Source: an uncultured delta proteobacterium
GTDB taxonomy: Bacteria; Desulfobacterota; Binatia; UBA9968
Assembly: GCA_963755715.1 (NCBI GenBank)
Contig: CAVWLW010000073.1
Span: forward strand, 32,001 to 96,000
DNA length: 64,000 nucleotides
Direction: 5' to 3'
Position 1 is the stretch's first letter. Each line of letters opens with the position of its first letter. This document shows positions 10,617 to 19,479 of this stretch, piece after piece. A model generated the notes under the pieces. It made no database searches. It saw only the letters and a program-made list of their open reading frames with translations, and was not told where the DNA came from. Made by a program: the position numbers and the translations under genes.

Positions 10617-11923
10617 ATGCGCGGCGTACCTGCGGTCGCGCACATGGCCATGACGATGATGATGCAGCCGAAAAATTTATCCGGGTCCCGATCCGAAGCG
10701 ACAAATCAGCGACACCTTTGTCTCGTCACGGAGACTTATCCGCCTGAAGTCAACGGCGTCGCTCAGACGATGGCGCACCTGATGGACGGTTTGCGCTTGC
10801 AGGGCTACTCGGTATCGCTGGTTCGGCCGCGCCAGCACAGCTTCGACGGCTCCGATTATCGTTATCAGCCCGGCGCCACATTGGTTCGGAGTCTACCGTT
10901 GCCCGGCTATCGCGGATTGCACATCGGCGTGCCCGCCAGCGCCGCGCTGCGGCGTTGTTGGACCGAGCGCCGCCCGGATATCATCTATGTCGCGACCCAA
11001 GGTCCGCTGGGCTGGTCGGCGGTTAGCACTGCGCGTCAGCTCGGACATACCCGTGTTCAGCGGCTTTCCACACCAACTTCGACGCCTATTCGAAGCACTA
11101 TCATGCCGGCTGGCTGCGCTTTTTGATCTGGCGCTATTTGTCCGCTTTTCATAACCGTACGGCCGGCACCTTGGTGCCCTGCGCCGAGCTGCGCGGTCGA
11201 TTGCAGGCGATGGGATTGCGCAACATCGGCGTGCTCGGCCGCGGCGTCGACGCTGAGCTATTCACGCCGCGCCGGCGCAATTTGGCCCTGCGGCGCGCCT
11301 GGCGCGCCGCGCCGGATGATTTGGTGGCCTTGTACGTCGGGCGGCTCGCGCCGGAAAAGAACCTGAACCTTGCCATAGAATCCTATCGAGCGATGCAGCG
11401 CGTCAACGCCGCCGTGAAATTCGTCCTCGTCGGCGACGGCCCGCTGCGCGCCGCGCTGCAAAAAAAACATCCCGATCTTATTTTCTGCGGCATGCGCACG
11501 GGCGAGCGATTGGCCGAGCATTATGCTTCCGCGGATGTCTTTCTTTTTCCGAGCGAGACCGAAACCTTCGGCAACGTAACGTTGGAAGCGCTGGCAAGCG
11601 GACTGGCCGTCGTCGCCTATGATTACGCCGCCGCGCGGCTGCACATCAAAAACGGCACGAACGGCATCCTCGTGCCTTATGGAGAGGCGCTCGCCTTCGT
11701 CGATGCCGCGGCGAAACTGGCGCGCGCACCTCAAGCGCTCGCTGACATGCGCCAACAAGCCCGCCAGCATGCCGCGTCTCTCGACTGGCAGCTAGTGGTT
11801 AAAAGATTCGCCGCGTTCCTGCTGGGCGATCCGGCGCGGCTTCCTAGTGCGAGCAGCGACAGGAAGGCTGAATCTATCGAGACCATACCGGCCTATTACC
11901 GGCGCGGCCTAACCTTGCCATGA
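10617..11923 (+). CDS. Glycosyltransferase family 4, Agt-like glycolipid synthase (frameshift near 11050)
   Basis: ORF 10617-11126 carries VTETYPPEVNGVA and ATQGPLG; ORF 11123-11923 carries RGVD, VGRLAPEKN, FPSETETFGNVTLEALASG. Confidence 0.85.
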
Positions 11924-11942
11924 AAAACGGGAGGGCACAGAG

Positions 11943-14210
11943 ATGCTAATGGAAGACACAATCCAGCGGTGGACGGCCTGCGTCGATGCGCGCACGATCG
12001 AGACCTGTCGACTTGATTCGATGGACGGCTGGTTTCTGTTGGGCCTTTTTCTCCTTGTCTTGCTCGCGATCTACGCGTGCCGAAAGGTTTTGACCCTTAT
12101 CCTGACCTGGCGCGCGCTGGCTTGGCTGCCAAGCTTGTCGCGGCGCTTGTCGAATTGGGTGAAAGCGCGCGACTACACGGAAGAGGAATTTTTTCGCGCT
12201 GACGGCGCGGCAGGTCCGTGGGTTGAGCGACGCAAACAGGCTCTCGACCAGCTCGCCGCCCTTCTCCAGACGCAGCATCAACAGTCGATTGCTTGGGCCA
12301 AGGCGCTCTGCGACAGCTTTTCGGATCTCCGTTTCACCGACGCCAATCGAGTGCCGTTTCCCTTCGCGCGCGTGATGCGCGAAAAATTTAACCTTTGCTC
12401 CGTGGTCACGGCGTCGCAAGGTCCGCGACTAAAAAACCTCGACGGTCATTGGACGATCGACGTGAGCGGTTCCTATGGCGTCAACGTCGCGGGCTTCGAC
12501 CGTTACAAAGAGTGGATCGAAAAAGGTTGGGAGCGGGTCAAAGATCTCGGCGCGGTGTTGGGGCCGGTGCACCCGATCGTGGCCGACAATATTGCTAGGC
12601 TCAAGACCCTTTCGCACATGGACGAAGTGTCGTTTCACATGAGCGGCACCGAGGCGGTCATGGCCGCCGTGCGCCTGGCCCGTTTCAATACGCGGAGAAA
12701 ACTGATCGTCTGTTTTTCCGGTGCCTATCACGGCTGGTGGGACGGCGTGCAACCGGGGCTGGGCAGCGAGCGCCCCCTGGACGATTGTCTCACCCTCAAG
12801 GACCTCGATCCGAAATCGCTGGACGTGATCCGCCGCCGCGCGCGAGAAATCGCCGGCGTGCTGGTCAATCCGGTGCAATCGTTTCATCCCAACTCGCCGC
12901 CGCCCAACGATGCGATCCTGCTCACCAGCGATGTCCGGAAAACCGAGGACTCCACCGCGCGCTATGCCGAGTGGCTGCGCCAGTTGCGCGAACTGTGCAG
13001 CGCCTATGAGATTCCGCTGATTTTCGACGAAGTCTACTCCGGCTTTCGCCTCGCCCCTGGGGGCGCGCAGGAATACTTCGCCGTGCGCGCCGATATGGTC
13101 GTGTACGGGAAAACCGTGGCGGGCGGCCTGCCGATCGGCGTCGTGTGCGGCAAGAAAACACTGATGCGGCGCTTCGATCCGAAGTTGCCCATGCGCATCG
13201 CCTACGTTGTCGGCACGTTTTCCGGCCATCCGGGCGTGATGGGCGCGATGAACGAATTTTTGCGCTGGGTGAGCGCGACGGATACGGCAAAACTGTATGA
13301 GGAATCGAATCGGCGTTGCACCGAATGGGTGCGCGCGACCAATCAAAAATTGGTCGCTGCCACGCTGCCCCTGCGCCTGGTGAACCTGGCGACGATATGG
13401 ACGGTGCTCTTCAAAGAACCCAGCCGCTACAATTGGCTGCTGCAGTACTATCTGCGCGCCGAAGGGGTCACGCTCAGTTGGGTCGGCACCGGGCGCTGCT
13501 TAAGCAGCATGGACTTTACGAATGATGACTATCTTGCCTTGCAGGAAAAACTACTCAACGCCGCGCGCCAGATGAAAAGTGACGCCTGGTGGTTGACCGC
13601 AAAAGAATATCCGGGAAGGGAGAAAAATATGCGCACGCGTCTCATACGGGAAATGTTGGGGAGTCTGGTTCAAGTGCCCAAGCCTTTGACGACCTTTTAT
13701 GCGGAAGTGATGCGGCGAAAAGCAGACGATCATCACGCTTCGCACAGCAATGGAATCAACCAATTTTTTCATCTGTTGAGCTCCAGCGTCTTTATTTATT
13801 GCTACATTTTGGCGTTTGCCGATCTCACCACGGCGATGTGTTTAGGATTGGCTTCCCTGTTTGTGCGCCAATTCGGCCACGCGATCTTGGAGCCCCCTTG
13901 CCACGACAAGGAAGCTTTGCTGTTGGGTTACAACACGCGCAATAAGACGCTGATCGTGCTCGGCTATGTAGCGATTCCGATCGTTCAGATGATGCAGGCC
14001 GGCGCGTGGTCGCTGACGGTCTTTAGAGCGCTCATTGCTCCCATCGCGCTCAATTGGTTTCTTTGGACGCTGCTCGTAGTGCTCGGACGGGTAACTTATC
14101 TCGTGTGGAAACACGACTTTCGCATCTCGATGATTTGGTTTATCAAACTGATTACCGATCCTTTGACCGATATCTTTGCCTATTTTCCGCGCTGGCCGCA
14201 GCGCGCCTGA
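11943..14210 (+). CDS. Class-III PLP aminotransferase (GSA-aminomutase-like) fused to a C-terminal Mpo1/DUF962-like membrane domain
   Basis: SGTEAVMAAVRLAR, GAYHG, IFDEVYSGFR, YGKTVAGG (PLP lysine), GTFSG; C-terminal TM region with HHASHSNGINQFFH and RQFGHAILE. Confidence 0.85.
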   Translation: MLMEDTIQRWTACVDARTIETCRLDSMDGWFLLGLFLLVLLAIYACRKVLTLILTWRALAWLPSLSRRLSNWVKARDYTEEEFFRADGAAGPWVERRKQALDQLAALLQTQHQQSIAWAKALCDSFSDLRFTDANRVPFPFARVMREKFNLCSVVTASQGPRLKNLDGHWTIDVSGSYGVNVAGFDRYKEWIEKGWERVKDLGAVLGPVHPIVADNIARLKTLSHMDEVSFHMSGTEAVMAAVRLARFNTRRKLIVCFSGAYHGWWDGVQPGLGSERPLDDCLTLKDLDPKSLDVIRRRAREIAGVLVNPVQSFHPNSPPPNDAILLTSDVRKTEDSTARYAEWLRQLRELCSAYEIPLIFDEVYSGFRLAPGGAQEYFAVRADMVVYGKTVAGGLPIGVVCGKKTLMRRFDPKLPMRIAYVVGTFSGHPGVMGAMNEFLRWVSATDTAKLYEESNRRCTEWVRATNQKLVAATLPLRLVNLATIWTVLFKEPSRYNWLLQYYLRAEGVTLSWVGTGRCLSSMDFTNDDYLALQEKLLNAARQMKSDAWWLTAKEYPGREKNMRTRLIREMLGSLVQVPKPLTTFYAEVMRRKADDHHASHSNGINQFFHLLSSSVFIYCYILAFADLTTAMCLGLASLFVRQFGHAILEPPCHDKEALLLGYNTRNKTLIVLGYVAIPIVQMMQAGAWSLTVFRALIAPIALNWFLWTLLVVLGRVTYLVWKHDFRISMIWFIKLITDPLTDIFAYFPRWPQRA

Positions 14211-14249
14211 TCCAGCTTCGCCATATCTCAGGACGAAACACCTTGTCAC

Positions 14250-14786
14250 GTGAGTCTATGGATCTTTCTTTGTGCCGCGGCATTGCTGAGCCTGGAGCGG
14301 ATTTGCTACCTGTGGATTTGGCGCGCACCCGGAGCTTTCTGTGCCCTGTGCGCCCGTCCCGCAATCACGCGGATCGGCACGCCGGTCGATGTCTTACAGT
14401 TCCTTTTTTGTGGCTTCAAGATACTGCAATGCGCCGTGTTTCTCGCTTGGTGTTTTGCCTATGGAAACGGATCGCTGTGGCCGCCCAGCAGCGATCCGCT
14501 GTCCTTGACGCTTGGAGCGGCGCTCTTGATCGGCGGTCAAATCCTCAATATCAGCGTGTTCTATCGCCTGGGCAAGGTCGGGGTATTTTATGGCAATAAG
14601 TTCGGCTACCCAACGTCTTGGGTGCGCAAGTTTCCGTTTTCGTGTTTAAGACATCCCCAGTATATCGGCGCTTTGCTGTCCATCTGGGGGTTTTTCTTGG
14701 TGATGCGTTTTCCCCAGGACGATTGGTATATCCTGCCCGCACTCGAAACGCTGTATTACGTTCTCGGCGCGTATTGGGAGCAATAA
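14250..14786 (+). CDS. PEMT/PLMT-family phospholipid N-methyltransferase (membrane)
   Basis: GQILNISVFYRLGKVGVFYGNKFG...WVRKFPFSCLRHPQYIG matches the PEMT/PLMT motif pattern. Confidence 0.82.
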   Translation: MSLWIFLCAAALLSLERICYLWIWRAPGAFCALCARPAITRIGTPVDVLQFLFCGFKILQCAVFLAWCFAYGNGSLWPPSSDPLSLTLGAALLIGGQILNISVFYRLGKVGVFYGNKFGYPTSWVRKFPFSCLRHPQYIGALLSIWGFFLVMRFPQDDWYILPALETLYYVLGAYWEQ

Positions 14787-14808
14787 TTGGAAACCTGCGC
14801 GACCCTGT

Positions 14809-15144
14809 TCAATGGGCACCGATGCAGCGCTTGCTTTCGGCTTCGATCTCCCAGGCCTGCAAGCATCTACGAATCCCATGCGCGCTCAAGCCGAGCACGG
14901 CGCATATGGACTCGAAGGAATACAGATCCTCGCGATCGTTTTGAAAAAACCACGCACGATCGGCTTTGAACAATTTATTCGGGTTATGCAAATTTTTGCG
15001 AAAGTTCAGCAAGGCATCCTTCAATACGGCCAGCATGAGATCGCACTCCGGAAGCGCATGTTCGTTGCTTCTAACTGTACGCCAAAAAATAGCGCTCTCC
15101 ACGTCGTCGCTTTCTGGGTATTGAATCGTTGAGATCAAATCCAT
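14809..15144 (-). CDS. Conserved hypothetical small protein
   Basis: 111 aa after an AGGAG RBS; LMLAVLKDA...WF...SFESICAVLGL..IRR pattern. Confidence 0.65.
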   Translation of the reverse strand: MDLISTIQYPESDDVESAIFWRTVRSNEHALPECDLMLAVLKDALLNFRKNLHNPNKLFKADRAWFFQNDREDLYSFESICAVLGLSAHGIRRCLQAWEIEAESKRCIGAH

Positions 15145-15428
15145 GGCGCTGCTCCTTTCCGATCGAATCTAGGCTCGCGCATTTCCGGCTACCGATCCCA
15201 ATGGCCGTCAAGATCGCGACACCGCCGTCAAAGGTCAGTATTGTGGATACCAACGGTTACGGTGAGATTAACACGCCGCTAAATTTGCCGACGTTTGCTC
15301 CGCCGCTTGAGCCGCCGAGCCACATCGGTAGCTTTATCTCGGTTCGGTTACAACGTTCCTGACAGCTACGATTTGAAGCTCAAACGGGCGCCACAGACAC
15401 TCCGCTGTCGCGTTCATTCGATTCCAAG

Positions 15429-15962
15429 TCAAAAACTCTCGGCGATCTCTCCAAGCACAGGCACTCGCCACACGGGTGTGGAACGCGTGGACTGATGAGG
15501 TTCGATCGAAAGAACCGGACAAGGCGCGTTCCTGCTGACAGTTTCAGCGATGCGGCGCGTGAAAAACCGAGTGAGCGCGCTTTTTTTGCGCCGGGACAAA
15601 ACGATCAGATCGACATCCTCCTGGATTGCTGCGACAACAATTTCCTCCGCCGCTCTACCCTGCCCTGCCCTGGGTTTCCACGCGACGCCGCTACTTTCAG
15701 CGCCGAACGTGGCACAGACAAACTGCCTCACGCGGTATTCGGCTTCCGTGAGAAGCTGATCCGTTTTGAACTTGGACAGCAGTTGCGACCATTGATAGTA
15801 AGGCTCCACTTCACAGCAAGCGTATTGGCTCAGACGGGGAAACAACGTCGCATGGAAAATAATCAGTTGAGCACGATTTTTTTTAGCCAGCGAGAGCCCG
15901 TAAGCAATCCCGTCTTTGGAATTGACCGTGAGATCCGTCGGGCAGAGAATTCTTTGACTCAT
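15429..15962 (-). CDS. Universal stress protein
   Basis: RILCPTDL at the N-terminus, DVDLIVL, AETVSRNAPCPVLSI; GGAGG RBS. Confidence 0.9.
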   Translation of the reverse strand: MSQRILCPTDLTVNSKDGIAYGLSLAKKNRAQLIIFHATLFPRLSQYACCEVEPYYQWSQLLSKFKTDQLLTEAEYRVRQFVCATFGAESSGVAWKPRAGQGRAAEEIVVAAIQEDVDLIVLSRRKKSALTRFFTRRIAETVSRNAPCPVLSIEPHQSTRSTPVWRVPVLGEIAESF

Positions 15963-16259
15963 TTTAAAACCTCCTGCAAAAATTAGGTCCACTCATCCAC
16001 GCTCGCTTTTCGTCGCGAGTACAGCTTGAAAGTCTTTATCGTCGGATGAATTACCTTAACTGATTTCTTGCTTGGTTAAAGAAGGCAGGGTTGCGGGTGC
16101 GCAGAAATCCGATGAAGTCTTTGTAAACGGCATGGAGAACAATAAAAACCAGGCCACGGAACCGGAGTCGAGAGATTACGAACCCGGCGTGAACGATCAC
16201 GGCCACTAAAGAATTGCGAGGCGAAAGTCCGGACACGGATGCCGAAGCAGTAAGCCGCG

Positions 16260-16796
16260 CTATGACGCCAGCAACCAAGACGCGACGTATCCGCCGATCA
16301 GGCCGCCGGCAATCACATCGGTAGGATAATGTAGACCGAGGACAACACGAGACAGCGCGATCAAACTGCTGGCGGGAATGAGCACAAGAGACAACTCTGC
16401 GTGGTGCGCGCCAGCGATCATAGAGAAAGCAACCGCGTGCATCGTATGTCCCGAAGGAAAACTGTATTGGTCGAGCGGTGCGGTGCCGAGACAGATCTCT
16501 TTGCTGACGACATCGGGTCGAGGTCGGCCGGTGAGATTTTTGACAGCCTTGTAGAGCGCCAAGTTGACGATGCCGACAATCACCATATTCCAGGAAGTCG
16601 CCAGCCCCTTCTCGCCGTAGATCAAGGGCAGTGCGACCATGAGCAAGTACCAAGCTTTGCCATCGCCGATCCAACTGACCAGGACAAAGAACTTTTTGAT
16701 TTTTGGCGCGCGGGACATACGGTTCAGCAGCCCGCAAACAACGATCTCACGGTCCGCGACCCATCTGACCAGCACAATCGATTGAACCTTACCCAT
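16260..16796 (-). CDS. PAP2-family membrane phosphatase
   Basis: K..TGRPRP, SFPSGH, SRVVLGLHYPTDV motifs. Confidence 0.92.
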   Translation of the reverse strand: MGKVQSIVLVRWVADREIVVCGLLNRMSRAPKIKKFFVLVSWIGDGKAWYLLMVALPLIYGEKGLATSWNMVIVGIVNLALYKAVKNLTGRPRPDVVSKEICLGTAPLDQYSFPSGHTMHAVAFSMIAGAHHAELSLVLIPASSLIALSRVVLGLHYPTDVIAGGLIGGYVASWLLAS

Positions 16797-17024
16797 AGGA
16801 GTTTCCCGACTCGGAAGAAATTTTCGCCGTTGGAAATTGCATTCTCTTAAACGGGCGGTTAAATGTTCTTGACGCCTTTCCCCGCTGCAACCACCCTTCT
16901 CTCGAGTCTCTGCTCAAACAAACCGTCGCAAAAGGTCTCATAACGCGTAGTGTCAAAATCGCCATTGACGCCAGCGTTATCAGGCGCGTATGCTTCCGGC
17001 CAAATCGTCTTTTGGAGGTGCTCC

Positions 17025-17660
17025 ATGTTTGAGATCGGCGGTAAACAGATTCCAGCGACTTTGGCGGAGCTCGTAGAACCCAAGCGTGCGGCGTTGTTGC
17101 TTTGGGACATGGAAAACGCCATCGCCCCCAATGCGTTCAACTACCAAGACATCCTGGCCAATCTAAAAATGCTCGCCGCGCTCGCTCGCGAGAGCGGCGT
17201 GCCGGTTTTCTATTCCGTACAAACCGGCTTTGATTTATTGAAAGAAGAAGCCGGCGTCTGGGTGCGCGTGCGCATGAAACGGGCCAAGGCCACGGAGCCA
17301 AGTCAACTGTTGAAAGAGAAAGAAGATCCGCATGACCGGGAAATCGTCGAGCCGCTCAAGCCTCAGGCGAAAGATATCGTCTTTCAAAAGCGCCGGCCCG
17401 ATGGCTTCGTCGGCACCGACTTCGATCTCATGTTGCGCAGCAACGGCGTGCGTACGATCTTGATCGGCGGCGTCGCCACCGAAGGCGGCGTTGAAGGCAC
17501 GGCGCGCAGCGCGCGAAATCTCGGCTACGACGTCGTCGTCTTGAAAGACTGCGTCGGCTCGCGCAACCGCGAGCTCCACGAGCTCGCCTTGAAGCTCATG
17601 GAGCAGACTCACTTCGACGTCGCCACGTCAGGTGAGATCGCAAATATCTGGCGGCGTTAG
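17025..17660 (+). CDS. Isochorismatase/cysteine hydrolase family protein
   Basis: ALLLWDMEN, FQKRRPDGF, GVATEGGVEGTAR. The position usually occupied by the nucleophilic Cys is Gly. Confidence 0.85.
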   Translation: MFEIGGKQIPATLAELVEPKRAALLLWDMENAIAPNAFNYQDILANLKMLAALARESGVPVFYSVQTGFDLLKEEAGVWVRVRMKRAKATEPSQLLKEKEDPHDREIVEPLKPQAKDIVFQKRRPDGFVGTDFDLMLRSNGVRTILIGGVATEGGVEGTARSARNLGYDVVVLKDCVGSRNRELHELALKLMEQTHFDVATSGEIANIWRR

Positions 17661-17674
17661 GGAACGATCGCACT

Positions 17675-18656
17675 ATGCGGATCGCTTGGCTTGCCGCCTT
17701 CTCCATTGGCTTGTTTTCGTCACTTGTTCGCGCCGCCGATGAAAGGACCATCGAAGCCGCGCGCAAAGAAGGCGCGGTGAGTTTCTACACCACCATGGCG
17801 GCCACGGAGAGCAAGCTTTTCGCCGACGCCTTTCAAAGTAAATATCCATCTCTCAAAGTCGAGATCACCCGCCTCGGCAGCGACAAATTACTGCAACGGA
17901 TACTCACCGAAAACCGCGCCGGCCGCGGACTGTTTGACGCAACCAGCAACAGCGGCTTCGAAATGCACTTGTTGAACAAGGCACGCTTACTCGCCCGTTA
18001 TCAGTCGCCGGAATTCAACGCCTTCGTTGCCGACTCCAAGGACCGCGCAGGATATTGGGTCGATATGTATTCCAACGTCCGAGTTCTCACTTACAACAGT
18101 CGGTCTGGTGCCCAAGGAAAAGGTGCCGCGCAATTATGAGGACCTCCTCGATCCGGGATGGAAGGGCGCCATCGGTTTTCCCGAAGCGCAGTACGCCTGG
18201 TACGGCACAATGCTGCGTGTGATGGGCGAAGAGAAAGGCAAAAAATTTATGCAGGCGCTCGGACGCCAGGAGCTTCAGTACCGCGCCTCGCAGGTTTTGA
18301 TCACCCAATTCGTCGCCGCCGGAGAATTCAATTTGGGCTTTGTCTATGACAACCAGGTACTCCGATTCAAGAAAGAAGGGGCACCGCTCGGCGTGGCGCC
18401 GCTGCCGTTCGTGACCAAGAATATGCACCCGCTGGGCCTCGCCGCCGCCGCGCCGCATCCGAACGCCGGCAAACTGTTCATCGACTACATGCTATCGCGG
18501 GAGGCGCAGACACTGATGAAAGCTCTTGGCCGCGTCGTCTCTCGATCGGATATTTCTCAGGACGAGCTCGGCCGCTTCAAGCTGATCGCCGACGATGTCA
18601 CCCTGGCCGACCGCATCAATCCACTGATGGAAGAATATAAAAAATATTTCCAATGA
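17675..18656 (+). CDS. ABC transporter substrate-binding protein, Fe3+/polyamine-like (frameshift near 18100)
   Basis: Signal peptide, AARKEGAVSFYT, LLDPGWKG, APHPNAGKLFIDY across two overlapping ORFs. Confidence 0.85.
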
Positions 18657-18811
18657 AGAGAATCAGAAAGAGCACGAGGCGCGCGCTTTGTCGGACGTTT
18701 GATCGGCGACGGAATGCGCCTCAGACAGCCGCTACGATGCGAGGCGGCGCTTGCTAGACACCGCCTCGCAAATTATGCCGTAGCGACCGTCAGCCGATTC
18801 GGCAATCGGGG

Positions 18812-19312
18812 TCAAAGAGGCTGATAGGCGAGGCGTTTCATCTTTTGTGTGTTCTTTCCCTCGATGCGTAACAACCCCGTTGTGGCGACCCGCTTCGGCG
18901 AGTGCACGTCGCCTTCGTTGTAAATGTGCGCCATCCCAGGTTTGAGCGCGTAGACTCGGGCGCGCCGGACTTTTCCCGGTTTGCCGTCGGCGGCGGGCTC
19001 GATAATTTCCCAATCGCTCATTTCCGTCTCGCCGAATGCTTGGCCATAGATCGCCCAGGAGCTGCCGTGATCGTGCGGATTGGCTTCTCTCGCGTCACGG
19101 TTTACATGGGCACAGACACAAAAACCCAGTTGGGGATCTTCATAGATGATCTGCCGATCGGGTGTGTTGTCGTTGACGTAAGTCGCAATGAACTTTTCGT
19201 CTTTCAGCGCCGCTTCGACCAGAGCGCGAACTTTTTCACGCCCAGTCGGGCTGGGATCTTCTTTCAAGACACGCTGAACATCGGCTGCGAATGATTCGAG
19301 TGTAAGCGCCAT
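18812..19312 (-). CDS. Cupin / cysteine-dioxygenase-like protein
   Basis: PHDHGSSWAIYG and GDVHSP cupin His motifs; GGAG RBS. Confidence 0.75.
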   Translation of the reverse strand: MALTLESFAADVQRVLKEDPSPTGREKVRALVEAALKDEKFIATYVNDNTPDRQIIYEDPQLGFCVCAHVNRDAREANPHDHGSSWAIYGQAFGETEMSDWEIIEPAADGKPGKVRRARVYALKPGMAHIYNEGDVHSPKRVATTGLLRIEGKNTQKMKRLAYQPL

Positions 19313-19479
19313 AGCAAGTCTCCTTTTCCGTGGCTCAAAAACGTATTCGGTCAATAAGACAAAATTTAAGCTACTGCAACACCCGGTAGCGCTGTCTCGG
19401 CTCGGACCCGGTTCGGGACAAACTCACAACCTCAGAGAAGATCGCTTCAACGACACCCTGAGTCCGACAGTAGAATGAC

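Noticed and set aside
12429-13346. Long antisense ORFs (for example 12429-13346, 20085-21032, 24295-25200, 5311-6075)
   Set aside because: Shadow frames of well-supported genes in GC-rich DNA with no recognisable motifs.
11943-14210. hemL
   Set aside because: Too long, membrane-anchored at both ends and in a lipid-gene context with no tetrapyrrole genes.
16845-16875. Pho box upstream of PAP2
   Set aside because: TTAA/TTGA units are spaced 12 and 10 bp rather than 11; too weak to call.
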